Source: Histomonas meleagridis 2922-C6/04-290x (taxonomy: Eukaryota > Protista > Parabasalia). Taken from it: a stretch of DNA of 64,000 bases. Of this stretch, positions 1-10,459 are shown piece by piece (position 1 is the first letter of the stretch; each line of letters starts with the position of its first letter). The stretch covers positions 1-64,000 of the forward strand of contig JAANOX010000055.1 of assembly GCA_020184695.1 (NCBI GenBank). The letters are read 5' to 3'. The position numbers were made by a program, and so were the translations under genes. The notes below the pieces were generated by a model. The model was not told where the DNA came from and ran no database searches. It saw only the letters and a list, made by a program, of their open reading frames with translations.

Positions 1-339
1 AACTACAGAACTAAAAATAGCTTATCATGTTCATGTGTTGAAGCGCATTCAATTGTTCATGAAATCAAAATGAAAGGACTAAAACTTGACATTGACGAAA
101 ATGATAGTCAAAAATATAAATTCGCTCCAGAAATGGAATTAACTAAAGGGATGAGAGAATATGCAAAAAGAAATGAGGCCGCAATATTAGCAGCCAAAGA
201 GAAAAAGAAAAAAGAAAAAATAGAAGAAATTATAAGAGAAGAAGATACAGAAATGGAAAAACAAATTCATGCACATAAAGTTCCAGAAAGAACACAGAAA
301 ATCGGTTATTATATGAACCTGTTTAAGGAAGATGATTAA
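1..339 (+). CDS. 5'-truncated ORF, possibly the C-terminus of an Rtf2-like protein
   Basis: Frame 1 is open from base 1 (NYRTKNSLSCSCVEAHSIVHEIK...) to TAA at 339. SCSCV..EIK, a Lys-rich tract and a terminal YYMNLF loosely resemble Rtf2 (CGCVFSERALKEIK ... YKSLF). Confidence 0.35.
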   Translation, partial: NYRTKNSLSCSCVEAHSIVHEIKMKGLKLDIDENDSQKYKFAPEMELTKGMREYAKRNEAAILAAKEKKKKEKIEEIIREEDTEMEKQIHAHKVPERTQKIGYYMNLFKEDD

Positions 340-426
340 TGATTTGTTTTTCTATTAATACAAATAAAATTTGTTCTTTGAGAGAGTTGTCACTTTTTTG
401 TAAGAGTATAAACGGTCGTTATCTGG

Positions 427-2121
427 ATGTTCGAGCTGGATGTATCTCATGTTAAATCCCAGCTTGATAAAACTATTAATAAAATTAAACTTTCTTCACC
501 TGTTTATAGACAAAAAATCGAGGAAATTCAATCAAGAAAAAATAGATTAGATGATCTGATTAATGAAGAAAATCAACTAAAAAAATTGATTCAACAAGAA
601 CTATATTTTTCACAGAACAAGGATTACCTTATTCATTGCAGCGAGGAAGCATGTGAAAAAGCCAAAAATCGAAAGATTGAATTATCAAATCAACTCAGAG
701 AGGAAATAATAAAAAACTCATCTTTCTCAATTTCAAAAGGGGAAATTCCTATAGTAAATTCACCTTTCTCTTTGCAGGGAAATACTCCATTAATAGAACA
801 AATTCGTCTAAAATCCCGTATAATTCAAACGAAAGCTAAACTTTTAAAGCAATCAGACAAGCTTCACTCATTACAAAAAGCTATTTTCTGTCTTGATTCT
901 GATTCTGATAGTAGTCAATATTTCACCACAGAAATTCCAATATTATTTGATTCCGAGTGCCTACCAAATAACACTCCTGATTTTCCTACTTCAAGTGCAA
1001 TGGTGCCATCAGAATTAATAGCTTTAACAGATGTATTCCATTTTATCCATACAATACGACCTATCTCACCCAAGCCGATGAGCTTATCTTTAATTAGCTT
1101 CAAACCACATTCATCTACTAATCTCCCTTTGGATCCCATATATCATCCAGATCCATTTTCATCATTTGATTCATTAAATTCACTTACTAACGAAATTTCC
1201 CATTATCAAAACCCACTTCAAAATACCCTTATCCGTATAAACAAGAAGCCTCAAATCTCTTTCCTCAACATTTCAGACACACTTAGTCAAATAATTTCAC
1301 AGCTTTACACGTCACGATCGACCGTTAATCATCTTCATGATTACATTATTCGTAACACACAAGTACCATCTAACATTTGGTTTACTGAACGTATAATTCA
1401 CACTAAAATGGAGCATCTTATCAATACTATAAATAAGCTTTTAAATCGTGTTTATAATGAACAAAATATTCCCCCATTAACAACATTTGGATATTCTCCA
1501 AATACTTCTGCTATAACTGTTAATGAAACTTCATATGCTCAGTTACAACGTTTTGAAGAACTTTGTACAGAATTACAAAACTCAATTTTGAATTGTAAAT
1601 CAATATTCGAAGAACAACATCAACAATTTGAAGCAATACGGAAACATTCAATAGAACGAAAATATGATATAAAAGAATACGAACAGAAACAAGAAGAAGA
1701 TAATGAAATAAAAATTAATAATTACATAAAAGAAATAAAAATATCGCTTCAAAATCATTTGGAAGATGTTTTGGAGTCTGTTTCAAAACTTGTTGATTCA
1801 CTTCCAAATATTTTATCGGAAATGAAATTATTAGAAATTCCAAAACATGAAAAATTGAAGTTGGAAGTATTAAGACTTCCTAAAAAAATTGAGGTTCCGG
1901 ATATTATTGATGATCCACAACAGAATAATGAAAATGATGATGAAACTAATTTGAAATTGTTGGAAAAAATTTGTGATGAAACTTATTCGGTTGAGCCGTT
2001 AAAAGAAGTCTTCCCAATTACAACAACAGAGTCACAAAAAGAAGTCGATAATCAACGAATTTCTGATATGTTAAATGATTGGAAAGAAAAATTGGAAAAA
2101 TTTTCAAACGATACGAACTGA
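427..2121 (+). CDS. hypothetical protein with coiled-coil segments, 564 aa
   Basis: Long ATG-initiated ORF; no recognised domain. Confidence 0.75.
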   Translation: MFELDVSHVKSQLDKTINKIKLSSPVYRQKIEEIQSRKNRLDDLINEENQLKKLIQQELYFSQNKDYLIHCSEEACEKAKNRKIELSNQLREEIIKNSSFSISKGEIPIVNSPFSLQGNTPLIEQIRLKSRIIQTKAKLLKQSDKLHSLQKAIFCLDSDSDSSQYFTTEIPILFDSECLPNNTPDFPTSSAMVPSELIALTDVFHFIHTIRPISPKPMSLSLISFKPHSSTNLPLDPIYHPDPFSSFDSLNSLTNEISHYQNPLQNTLIRINKKPQISFLNISDTLSQIISQLYTSRSTVNHLHDYIIRNTQVPSNIWFTERIIHTKMEHLINTINKLLNRVYNEQNIPPLTTFGYSPNTSAITVNETSYAQLQRFEELCTELQNSILNCKSIFEEQHQQFEAIRKHSIERKYDIKEYEQKQEEDNEIKINNYIKEIKISLQNHLEDVLESVSKLVDSLPNILSEMKLLEIPKHEKLKLEVLRLPKKIEVPDIIDDPQQNNENDDETNLKLLEKICDETYSVEPLKEVFPITTTESQKEVDNQRISDMLNDWKEKLEKFSNDTN

Positions 2122-2319
2122 ATTCAAAAAGTTTCAATGTTCTCAAAATTGAATATAGATAAAAGTGTGTAAATGTATAAGCTATAATAAATATAAGCTT
2201 ATTTTTAGTTTAAAAGTGTTTTAATGTTTTGTTCTTATAATGTTTGCTCTATTTTCTAACACTTTTTAAGAAAAAAATGGTGAAAAATTTAATCATTTTT
2301 TTTAACAAATTGTAGATAA

Positions 2320-3021
2320 CTAAAATTGAGATACATCTTTTGGCTTCTTTTTCTTGATGGCGCCTCTATAGCCTTTGTTTCGAGAAGCTTCATTTTCAAT
2401 ATCATCAAGATTAAGCATTTTCTTTGTTTTGTCCCCATTGGATCTGTTGTCAACGTGTCTTGTGATGCTACTAAGCGGGGCTTTGTCGGATGTTGGACGA
2501 TTCTCTGGTATGAAAAGCGACCTCCTTTCGGGTTCAATTCGAGTAGTATTTTCAGGCTTCCTTTCTGGAAGCTTAGGAGGAGGTAATGAAGCACTTGGCG
2601 GCTTAATTATCATATTTGACTTAAAATGTTGCACTTGTGGATTAATTTGAATTTGAGCTGATTGTAAAACATCAATTGCTGATAAGTCAAATGTATTTAT
2701 ATCATCACATGGAGTGATTATTGGGTAATCTTTAAATTGGAATGCTGTTCTTTTAACCCATTCATTTTCACTTTGATTTGCTAGTTCTATAAGTTGAGCA
2801 TATGGTTCTGCTATTTTATTAAATTCTTCGATTTTTAGGTTTATAACTGATTGAACTATTATTGCTTGTATGTAAGGATCGAGAAGATGAAAATTATCAA
2901 TCACTCTTTGAATGCTATTTGGACTTAAAGTTTTAGCAGCTTGATCAGAAGCGCCTGGCCTTCTTATTAATTTATTTAATGTATCGGCATAACTTTGATC
3001 TTCTTTAGAGTTTATCATCAT
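2320..3021 (-). CDS. NELF-A-like protein (negative elongation factor A N-terminal domain)
   Basis: AAKTLSPNSIQRVIDNFHLL...LIELANQSENEWVKRTAFQFKDYP aligns by eye to NELF-A IASLLTAAVIDNIRLCFHGL...IIQLASLDSDPWVLMVADILKSFP; KKMLNLDDIE resembles VKLLDISE. ATG at 3021; M3-like AACGGTTT at 3029-3036. Confidence 0.6.
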   Translation of the reverse strand: MMINSKEDQSYADTLNKLIRRPGASDQAAKTLSPNSIQRVIDNFHLLDPYIQAIIVQSVINLKIEEFNKIAEPYAQLIELANQSENEWVKRTAFQFKDYPIITPCDDINTFDLSAIDVLQSAQIQINPQVQHFKSNMIIKPPSASLPPPKLPERKPENTTRIEPERRSLFIPENRPTSDKAPLSSITRHVDNRSNGDKTKKMLNLDDIENEASRNKGYRGAIKKKKPKDVSQF

Positions 3022-3122
3022 GGCTCTTAAACCGTTTTTCAAATAATGATCAAAATCCTTTGAGTTAAAAAAAAAATAGGAAATTTGTATAACTCTAAAA
3101 TGATTACTTTACTTACAAACAT

Positions 3123-3758
3123 TTATTGGCTTTCTTCGTCTTCTTCATCTTCTGTAATATCATGATGTCCATTTGGCAAAATAGCCAAATATGCGAATAT
3201 TAAACCAAAAACAACGAACCCTATAGAAAGGCATTCCAAAGTAAGTGCTACATCAAAAGGTACTCGACATACATCTGATATGTATGAATTGAGAATATCA
3301 ATACACTCATAAAAAACATAGCACTGATTTTCTTCACTCCACTTGTTCATTCCGCTAAGAGTAGTATTCTGTGAGAGTCCTTGTACCATCAGACTTCTTA
3401 TTGAATTACATTGAACTGGATTGGATTTTACCGCAAACACTGTATTAAATCCTAGCTCTACAATACCACAGATGAAAGATATACCTGTCAAATAATATCC
3501 AATTTTATAATCAAAAATTGGATAAATACGTGAAAGTATTAACATAATTGCTAGAACAAGAATGAAAGCATACCCAAATATCAATACGAGAATAATCATT
3601 TGGTAAGGTAATTGACCATTTATAGAAAAATATATTTCTTCCTTAAAATTCTGGTAATTTGCTGTGTGATAAAATGTTAATATTGCTGCTGAAAGGGCCG
3701 AAAGGATGAATGAAGTAATCGAAATAATTACTTGCAACGCAGGACAAAACGTGGTCAT
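3123..3758 (-). CDS. four-TM membrane protein (tetraspanin-like topology) with acidic tail
   Basis: Four hydrophobic segments, a Cys-containing loop between TM3 and TM4, and C-terminal EEDEEESQ. Confidence 0.65.
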   Translation of the reverse strand: MTTFCPALQVIISITSFILSALSAAILTFYHTANYQNFKEEIYFSINGQLPYQMIILVLIFGYAFILVLAIMLILSRIYPIFDYKIGYYLTGISFICGIVELGFNTVFAVKSNPVQCNSIRSLMVQGLSQNTTLSGMNKWSEENQCYVFYECIDILNSYISDVCRVPFDVALTLECLSIGFVVFGLIFAYLAILPNGHHDITEDEEDEESQ

Positions 3759-4092
3759 TGAATTACCGCATCAGCCATTCAAATTTTTCAGGGAAAAACT
3801 GTTTCAGCCAAATTGAGAACAATATTTTTTACATCATTATGGGATTTTCTTGTTTTTCTATCTAATCGAACAACAATACTTTAAGTTTATATGACTTATC
3901 TGTAAACTTATATTTATTAGAGCATTTTTTTTCTATCATAAATTGTTTGAACCTTTAATTTTTTGTAAATTCCGAAATGAATTATCAAATTAATTTTTTT
4001 TTTTCATTTTTTAATCAATCAATGAATCATAAAATGTAATTAATTTAAAAAAGAAAATTTATACATTTCAAATCGAGAAGTTCTTTATTCAT

Positions 4093-6320
4093 TTATGATT
4101 CATTAGGATCTTTTTCTTCAATTATTTTTGCCTTTCTTTGCGAGCGGAAAATAAAGAATCCGGCAACAGCACATGCAACAACAACGACACAAACACCTGC
4201 AGCAACAGATTAATTATTATTTTGATCAAATTGTTCATTCGAACTTTATAATATTCGTCTTAGTATTAGCAGTTATAACTTGCGTAATCGCAGTTATTGG
4301 CGTTCTTGGTGTATGTCTCGTAGTTCTTTGTGTATACCATGAAGTTCTTGTATTTGTGTGTAGCTCATCACCAGGATTTGTAAATGGAAATGATGGCGTG
4401 AACATATTTGATGGCGTATACATATGTATAGAAATTGTATTTGATGGTAAGAATGTATTTGACTGTGAAAAAATATTAGATTGAAAAAATGTATTTGATT
4501 GTGTAAATATTTCTGAAAATGTGTTTAAAAATGTATTTGACGGAGAAAATGTATATGTTGATATTTGCATACATCCATCAGGTGCATAAACTGTAGCTTT
4601 AAAGCCACAGAATGAATAACTTGTATAATCAGGAATAACCAAGTTTGGAATTGTGCTAAACGGTAGGTATTATTTTGGTTGAGATCTTCCATAATAATAA
4701 ATACATTTTATAGAATTACAATAATAAAATGCAAACTTTTCGATATCAGAAACACTTTTTCCAATAGAAATTGATTCTAAGTCAGAGCAAGAATAAAATG
4801 TATATTTTTTAATTTCTTTAACTAAATCTGGAATCACAATGCTTATTATTAATTTTTCGCATTGTTAAAAAGCATAATCAATTGATTCAACTGATTCTCC
4901 AATTGTTACATTCGTTAAATTTGAGTGTTGTTCAAATGCATGAGATTCGATTGATGTAACATCATTATCAATCACTATCGTCAGAGGAAGAGATTTAGAC
5001 AACAAACTTATAAAAGCACTATCAAATGAATTTCCAAATAAAGTAATATTTGTCGCATTTAAAAAATTAATTTTAATTGAATTTACATTATAATTAATCC
5101 TTACTGTTGTTATTTTTGTGCTTTGAGCAAAAGCACCTCTTCCAATTTTGTTTATGCTCCTTCCAAAATCAACATATTTTATTTCATTACAGCTCGTTGC
5201 AATTGCTTTTATAGAGATAGCAAAACAAAATATCCGAAATTGAGAAGTTTACAAACCGTCTGCAAAAACAAATACCCCTAATGCAAAAGTAAATATCCAA
5301 ATTTGAAAAGTTTACAACACATTATAAATTGTTTTTTACTCTTTTGTCTAAAAGTTTGTAGGAATAGGACTCAGTTTAGATTAAGTCTCGTGAAGCAGTT
5401 ATCAAATGAGATATTTCCACTTCTTTATGCTTTATTACATACTGTATAACCAGAATCACGTTGTGACGGGATTTGAATGGTTCAAAAATTTTACGTCACT
5501 TTTTTAATCACTCAAAAATTCATTGCAACTCTGTTGTAAATCAAATGATATATCATAACATATTATACAGTTGCATACAAAGTATTATTTAAGGGTGTGA
5601 AGTATTCTGATTTTGATTTTATATGCAGAGAAATTTTTTCATTATACATGTATATTCGATTGAATATTTTGAGAGTAATTTGAAATTCAGTAATAAAAAT
5701 AAGGAAAAATGATGATAAAACTTCAAAAAGAATTTTTCACCTTAGCGTTTGTTTATTCAATTTTTCATTTATAAAATTTATCTCCCATCAGTATTTATCA
5801 TCTGTTAAAGTTGATTGTGCAGACGAATTCATTTGTGACATAAAAATTTGAGATTAAATAAAAATACATTAATATTTATTCACAAACATTGGATATTTAT
5901 TTTTTTTGCAAGCGACTTTGTTATACACGCGTCACTTTTTTGGATATTTACTTTTTCAATTTAGATATTCAGTTTTGCACGCGTCACTTTTTGAGATATT
6001 GAGTTTTGCACAATGTATAAAAGCAATTGCAACGAGCTGTACAACCAGAAAATGCATTATCACCAATTGTGGTTGAATTTGTAATTGTAACATATTAAAA
6101 TGAAGGACAATTTGAAAATGCATTATTATTAATTGTTGTGACTTTATCTCCGAAATGAATTAATTCCAAATTATTGCATACAAAAAATGCACCACCTCCA
6201 ACAATTGTTGTGGTTGAATCTGGAATTATGACATTTTTTAATGAAATACAATTTGAAAATGTATCAACTCCAAAATGTTCCATACTCTTTCCTAAATGTG
6301 CTAATACATGTATTCAAATT
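4093..6320 (-). pseudogene. BspA-like LRR surface protein pseudogene interrupted by a MITE
   Basis: BspA-type repeats (TTIGDNAFSGC, SIESHAFEQ, DIEKFAFYYC), an S/T stalk, and a TM plus tail (VAAGVCVVVVACAVAGFFIFRSQRK...ES*). Several in-frame TAA stops, a disrupted stalk/TM junction and an 850-bp insertion. 5' boundary approximate. Confidence 0.8.
5190..6039. mobile_element. 850-bp MITE, Tc1/mariner-like (TA target duplication, 24-bp TIR)
   Basis: Perfect TIR CAGCTCGTTGCAATTGCTTTTATA at 5190-5213 and its reverse complement at 6016-6039; TA at 5188-5189 and 6040-6041; no long internal ORF; removal restores the BspA frame. Confidence 0.9.
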
Positions 6321-6356
6321 TTCCTTTAATATTTGAATAAGATACTTGTAAAATTT

Positions 6357-6545
6357 TCATTAATTAATTTGATGTGTTTGTATACTGTCATATTGTTATC
6401 ATAAAATTTATTATGTTATAGAACGATTCTTATATAAAACTTAATATTTATAATAATAATTCTCATTAATTAATTTGATGTGTTTGTATACTGTCATATT
6501 GTTATCATAAAATTTATTATGTTATAGAATGATTCTTATATAAAA
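6357..6545. repeat. direct duplication of ~83 bp at 106-bp spacing
   Basis: TCATTAATTAATTTGATGTG...GATTCTTATATAAAA at 6357-6439 and 6463-6545; one mismatch seen. Confidence 0.85.
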
Positions 6546-6933
6546 AATAACTAACACTGATATGTATTAGGATTTAATATATTAATTCGTTAATTTAATA
6601 ATATAAAAATTTATGAATCGGAAGTATAAAAAAAATAAACAAATAGAAAAATAAACTGACCAATTAATATAATAAAAAATAAAAATACAATTCTAAACAA
6701 AAATGTTATGAAGAAATAGTGAACAAATTCAGATAATACATGATATAGCAAAGAATGTGTGCCTTATGGTTTTTTAATATAGTAACCATTCTGTTGAAAA
6801 CAAAAGTTTTTATAAATAATAAGACATTCGTTTGAAAATTTATTTCAATTTTCATAATAGTTTAGTTTTGTGTCCTGTTTTTTATTTTCAAACTTTAAGT
6901 TCATTATTATTTTTCCTCGTTCAAAAAATAAAC

Positions 6934-8247
6934 ATGATTGCTATCTTGTTTTATCAACTTATGATTCCAGCTTTTGGAAATTTTGATGAAAATACGAAAA
7001 CACTTACAATAGAAACAAATAATGATTATGAATTTTTATCTCGTTATAAATTGGAAACATTAAATTTAGTAATTGCAGATAAAATTGATTCAGTACCATC
7101 TGAGACATTTAAAGGTTGGATTGAACTGTTTTCCGTCAAAATTGGTAATGGGGTCACTATAATTGGAGATTCTGCTTTTGCTCAATGCTGCAATTTAATA
7201 AAAGTCGAATTTGGTGAAAAAGTTCAAACAATTTCTAATGGCTCATTTTATAGCTGTTATAAATTAATAGAACTTAAATTCAGAGAAAATCTCGTTATAA
7301 TTGATCGATATGCGTTCATTGATTGCTTTTCAATTAAAACGATTATGATTCCAAACTCAGTTTCTAGAATTTCATACTATTCATTTTCGTATTGCACTAA
7401 TTTATCTTATATTAGTTTAGGACAAAAACTAAACACAATTGGTTCATATGCATTTCTTAATTGTATTTCTCTTGAAACAATTAAATTACCAAATTCAGTA
7501 ACAACACTTAGAAGTTATGCATTTTGTAAATGCTCTAAATTAGCAGAAATTACTTTAGGAGGAAATCTGAAACAGATCAGTGAATATACATTTTCCGAAT
7601 GTTCATCACTTAAAAGTATCAAACTTCCAAATTCTATTTCCATAATTGAGAATATGGCATTTGGTATTTGCTCTAATTTAACAACAGTTTTTCTCGGAGA
7701 TGACGTTTTATCAATTGGAGATAAAGCATTTTCTGATTGTGTTTCTCTATATTGTATTTTTTATAATGGTACAAAAGAACCTATTGTTGCTGATTCAGCA
7801 TTTAAAGGTTCACCCGCACAATATGTAATGACACCAAGTTCTTATAATTCAACAAAATTTGGTAAACTTAATGTATCAATTGGTCAAGTAATAGATAAAT
7901 GCCAAACAACAATTTCGTACACACCGTCAAATTCATTTACACAATCAATTAATCATTCACATTCAAATACAATTACACTATCAAATTCACAAACATATAC
8001 ACAAACATATACTCAAACAAATACTCAAACAAATACGTTGCCTGAATCATATACGAATTCTGTTATATCTTCAAGTTCATTACCAGATTCAAATGTGTCT
8101 GATTATCACCCAGCAAAATCTGCTTCAAAAACTATACTTGTTGGTGTTGGTGCAGGTGCTTCCGTTTTGGTAATTCTCGTTATTGTTTTGGTGGCCTTTT
8201 TCATTCTTAGATACAGAGGAAGGAATAAAAATACTAGTATTGAATGA
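6934..8247 (+). CDS. BspA-like leucine-rich repeat surface protein
   Basis: About ten TpLRR repeats (IPNSVSRISYYSFSYCTNL, LPNSVTTLRSYAFCKC), S/T stalk, TM and short tail. First ATG at 6934. Confidence 0.9.
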   Translation: MIAILFYQLMIPAFGNFDENTKTLTIETNNDYEFLSRYKLETLNLVIADKIDSVPSETFKGWIELFSVKIGNGVTIIGDSAFAQCCNLIKVEFGEKVQTISNGSFYSCYKLIELKFRENLVIIDRYAFIDCFSIKTIMIPNSVSRISYYSFSYCTNLSYISLGQKLNTIGSYAFLNCISLETIKLPNSVTTLRSYAFCKCSKLAEITLGGNLKQISEYTFSECSSLKSIKLPNSISIIENMAFGICSNLTTVFLGDDVLSIGDKAFSDCVSLYCIFYNGTKEPIVADSAFKGSPAQYVMTPSSYNSTKFGKLNVSIGQVIDKCQTTISYTPSNSFTQSINHSHSNTITLSNSQTYTQTYTQTNTQTNTLPESYTNSVISSSSLPDSNVSDYHPAKSASKTILVGVGAGASVLVILVIVLVAFFILRYRGRNKNTSIE

Positions 8248-8915
8248 TATTAAGGAAATTCAGGAATATGACCTTTAAAAGAAAATCAACAGGTTCTCTA
8301 AAGCGTAAATAAAGGTACGCATTACTTGAATCTTTGTTTTGAAATATAAAAAATCAAATGCGAGTTACGCAAAAAAATGATACCTATCTTAAAGCAATTG
8401 TTATTATATCATTTCTTTACAAATGAGATAAGTTTCGAAACTGAAGCTTTTTGCCACTTTTTGTAAACTGTTGTTTTGTACATTAATGTTATTGAACATA
8501 GAAGAATGAAAAAAAAATTTCATGTACATATCGGCAATTTGTCACTTTTCTCAATTTGTCCGTGGCTGTCGGTTATAATTGAATACGAACGTTAAAGCCA
8601 TATGTTCTGAAAAGTGCGACATTTACCGTATTGATAATAATCCAATTTATAATAATAAACCAAAAGGTGAGAAGTTTGAAGATGATTTTGAAGATCTATA
8701 AAACCAAAATGTGCACAAATATTTCATCTTCATATAATTTGAAATTAAATTCAATGCACGATTTAAGCAAATAAGTGCCAAAAAACGATAAGAATTTCAG
8801 AATTTCTCACTTTTTGTGTTGTTTATGATCGTATAATATATGTAAAGTACACAATATGTTTTTGAATGATATATGCGACATGTGATTTACCGTAGTGTAT
8901 TGATGCCGATCGACT

Positions 8916-8963
8916 GGGGTGCCCCTATTCCCAACCGCTATATTTGCGGTTTGGCCTTCCTTT
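8916..8963 (+). promoter_or_regulatory. ribosomal-protein gene promoter module: GGGTGCCC, M3-like GCGGTTT, M5 CCTTT
   Basis: GGGGTGCCCC 8916-8925, TGCGGTTT, CCTTT 8959-8963, ATG 8970. M3 and M5 are known T. vaginalis core promoter motifs. Confidence 0.6.
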
Positions 8964-8969
8964 TGGAAA

Positions 8970-9725
8970 ATGGGTAAAGCTCAGCAAAAGGGTAAGGCCT
9001 CAAAGAAGATCAAGCAGGATACTTTCCTCAAGAAGGAATGGCGTCACGTATTCGTCCCAGGATTCTTCTCAAAACGCGATATCGGATTCACAGTTTCACA
9101 CAAATGTGCTCGTGGTAAGACACCAGCCGATTATCTCAACAACCGTGTTTTCGAACTCTCCCATGGTGACCTTGTTGATGAACAATCACATGCATACCGT
9201 CTCTTCAGCTGGAAATCAGTTGATGTTCAAAACAACGATGTCTTAACAGTTTTTGCCGGAATGAGACTTACCAACGATAAGCTTTCTTCACTTCTTCGTA
9301 AGTATCGTACACTTATCAACGCACAAGTTGATGTTCGTACAGCTGATGGATACATTCTTCGTGCATTCAGCATTGGCTTCACTAAGAAATTAAATCCAAA
9401 CAAGAAAGCATGCTATGCACAACAATCCAAGAAGCGTGAAATCAGAGATGCTTGCATTGCCATCATGAAGGAAACAATTGAAAAGTCCACAATCCCAGAA
9501 TTGTGTCAAACAATTGTTAACGAAACAATTGAAAAGGCCATCGTTGAAAAATGCAAGACCATCATGCAAGTTGATAATGTTTATGTCACAAAGATCAAAG
9601 TTATTAAGGCACCAACATTCAGCGGCGAAGAACTTAAGAAACTCCACCAAGGACGCGCTGTCACAAAAGCTGCAGAAGTTGCACGCCCGGTTGAAGAAGA
9701 ACCTAAAACCGAAGAAACTAAGTAA
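8970..9725 (+). CDS. RPS3A: 40S ribosomal protein S3a (eS1)
   Basis: DTFLKKEW, VDVRTADGYILRAFSIGFTK, CYAQQS, VYVTKIKVIKAP. ATG at 8970 follows CCTTT. Confidence 0.96.
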   Translation: MGKAQQKGKASKKIKQDTFLKKEWRHVFVPGFFSKRDIGFTVSHKCARGKTPADYLNNRVFELSHGDLVDEQSHAYRLFSWKSVDVQNNDVLTVFAGMRLTNDKLSSLLRKYRTLINAQVDVRTADGYILRAFSIGFTKKLNPNKKACYAQQSKKREIRDACIAIMKETIEKSTIPELCQTIVNETIEKAIVEKCKTIMQVDNVYVTKIKVIKAPTFSGEELKKLHQGRAVTKAAEVARPVEEEPKTEETK

Positions 9726-9792
9726 AATGCACTTTTTGACTTTTCTATAGTTTTATTGGTCAGACAAAGTTAGTCAAAGCGAAAGCACGCAA

Positions 9793-10347
9793 ATGAGCTT
9801 CCAATCTGTTGCTGATGTACCGATGCCAGATGGTTTAGACGAGCTACAGCAAGCCGAATTTGCAGCTTTCCAAGAGGCTTTAGTTCATATGGAACAAGAA
9901 TTAAATCAACTTGAAACTAATGAAAATCCTGACCAATTAGCTTGTCTTCAAGTTTTGAATGAAATAAAGGAAGAAAGAATAAGGCAAGCAGATGAAAGAT
10001 TGAAATTTAAAATAGAGGTAATTGATAGACACGTACAGAATGAAAAAGAAAGAATTGAAAAAGAAAGTGAAGAAGCTGAAAAGCTTTTATTTGACAGATT
10101 AGTGAGGGCATACAAAGTAGCTTACCAGGAGTCGGTTGATAAGTTAAAAGAATTAATGGATCCTGTTTCATTTAATTCATTTATGTCAGAAAACACAATT
10201 GAATTTCCAGAAATACCATCAGATGCTCAAATCAAAACAAGGTTACAACAACCCAACGAGAACAAAATTAAGTTATCTCCTGAAGAAATCGAAAATGATT
10301 TGAAAAAGATTCAATTGAATTTCGAAAAAGCAGCGAGCAGCCAATAA
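9793..10347 (+). CDS. Sds3/BRMS1-like protein (Sin3-HDAC complex)
   Basis: EQELNQLETNENPDQLACLQVLNEIKEERIRQA...VQNEKERIEKE matches the Sds3 coiled-coil pattern. Confidence 0.65.
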   Translation: MSFQSVADVPMPDGLDELQQAEFAAFQEALVHMEQELNQLETNENPDQLACLQVLNEIKEERIRQADERLKFKIEVIDRHVQNEKERIEKESEEAEKLLFDRLVRAYKVAYQESVDKLKELMDPVSFNSFMSENTIEFPEIPSDAQIKTRLQQPNENKIKLSPEEIENDLKKIQLNFEKAASSQ

Positions 10348-10459
10348 TTCAATTAACGTTAAAACTTAAGATGTATATCATATAAACTTAACTGTTTTTC
10401 TAAGTAATTTTTTTTTGAATAATTAAAAAAATTAACGAATAATTTATTATCATTAACAG

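Noticed and set aside
4640-4870. TAA reassigned to an amino acid (alternative genetic code), suggested by in-frame TAA in the BspA copy
   Set aside because: Conserved genes (RPS3A, RPS6, XDH, CLUAP1) end at TAA and contain none internally; the stops occur only in decayed copies.
8919-8969. 17-aa N-terminal extension of eS1
   Set aside because: Starts at GTG within the promoter; the ATG at 8970 follows the M5 motif.
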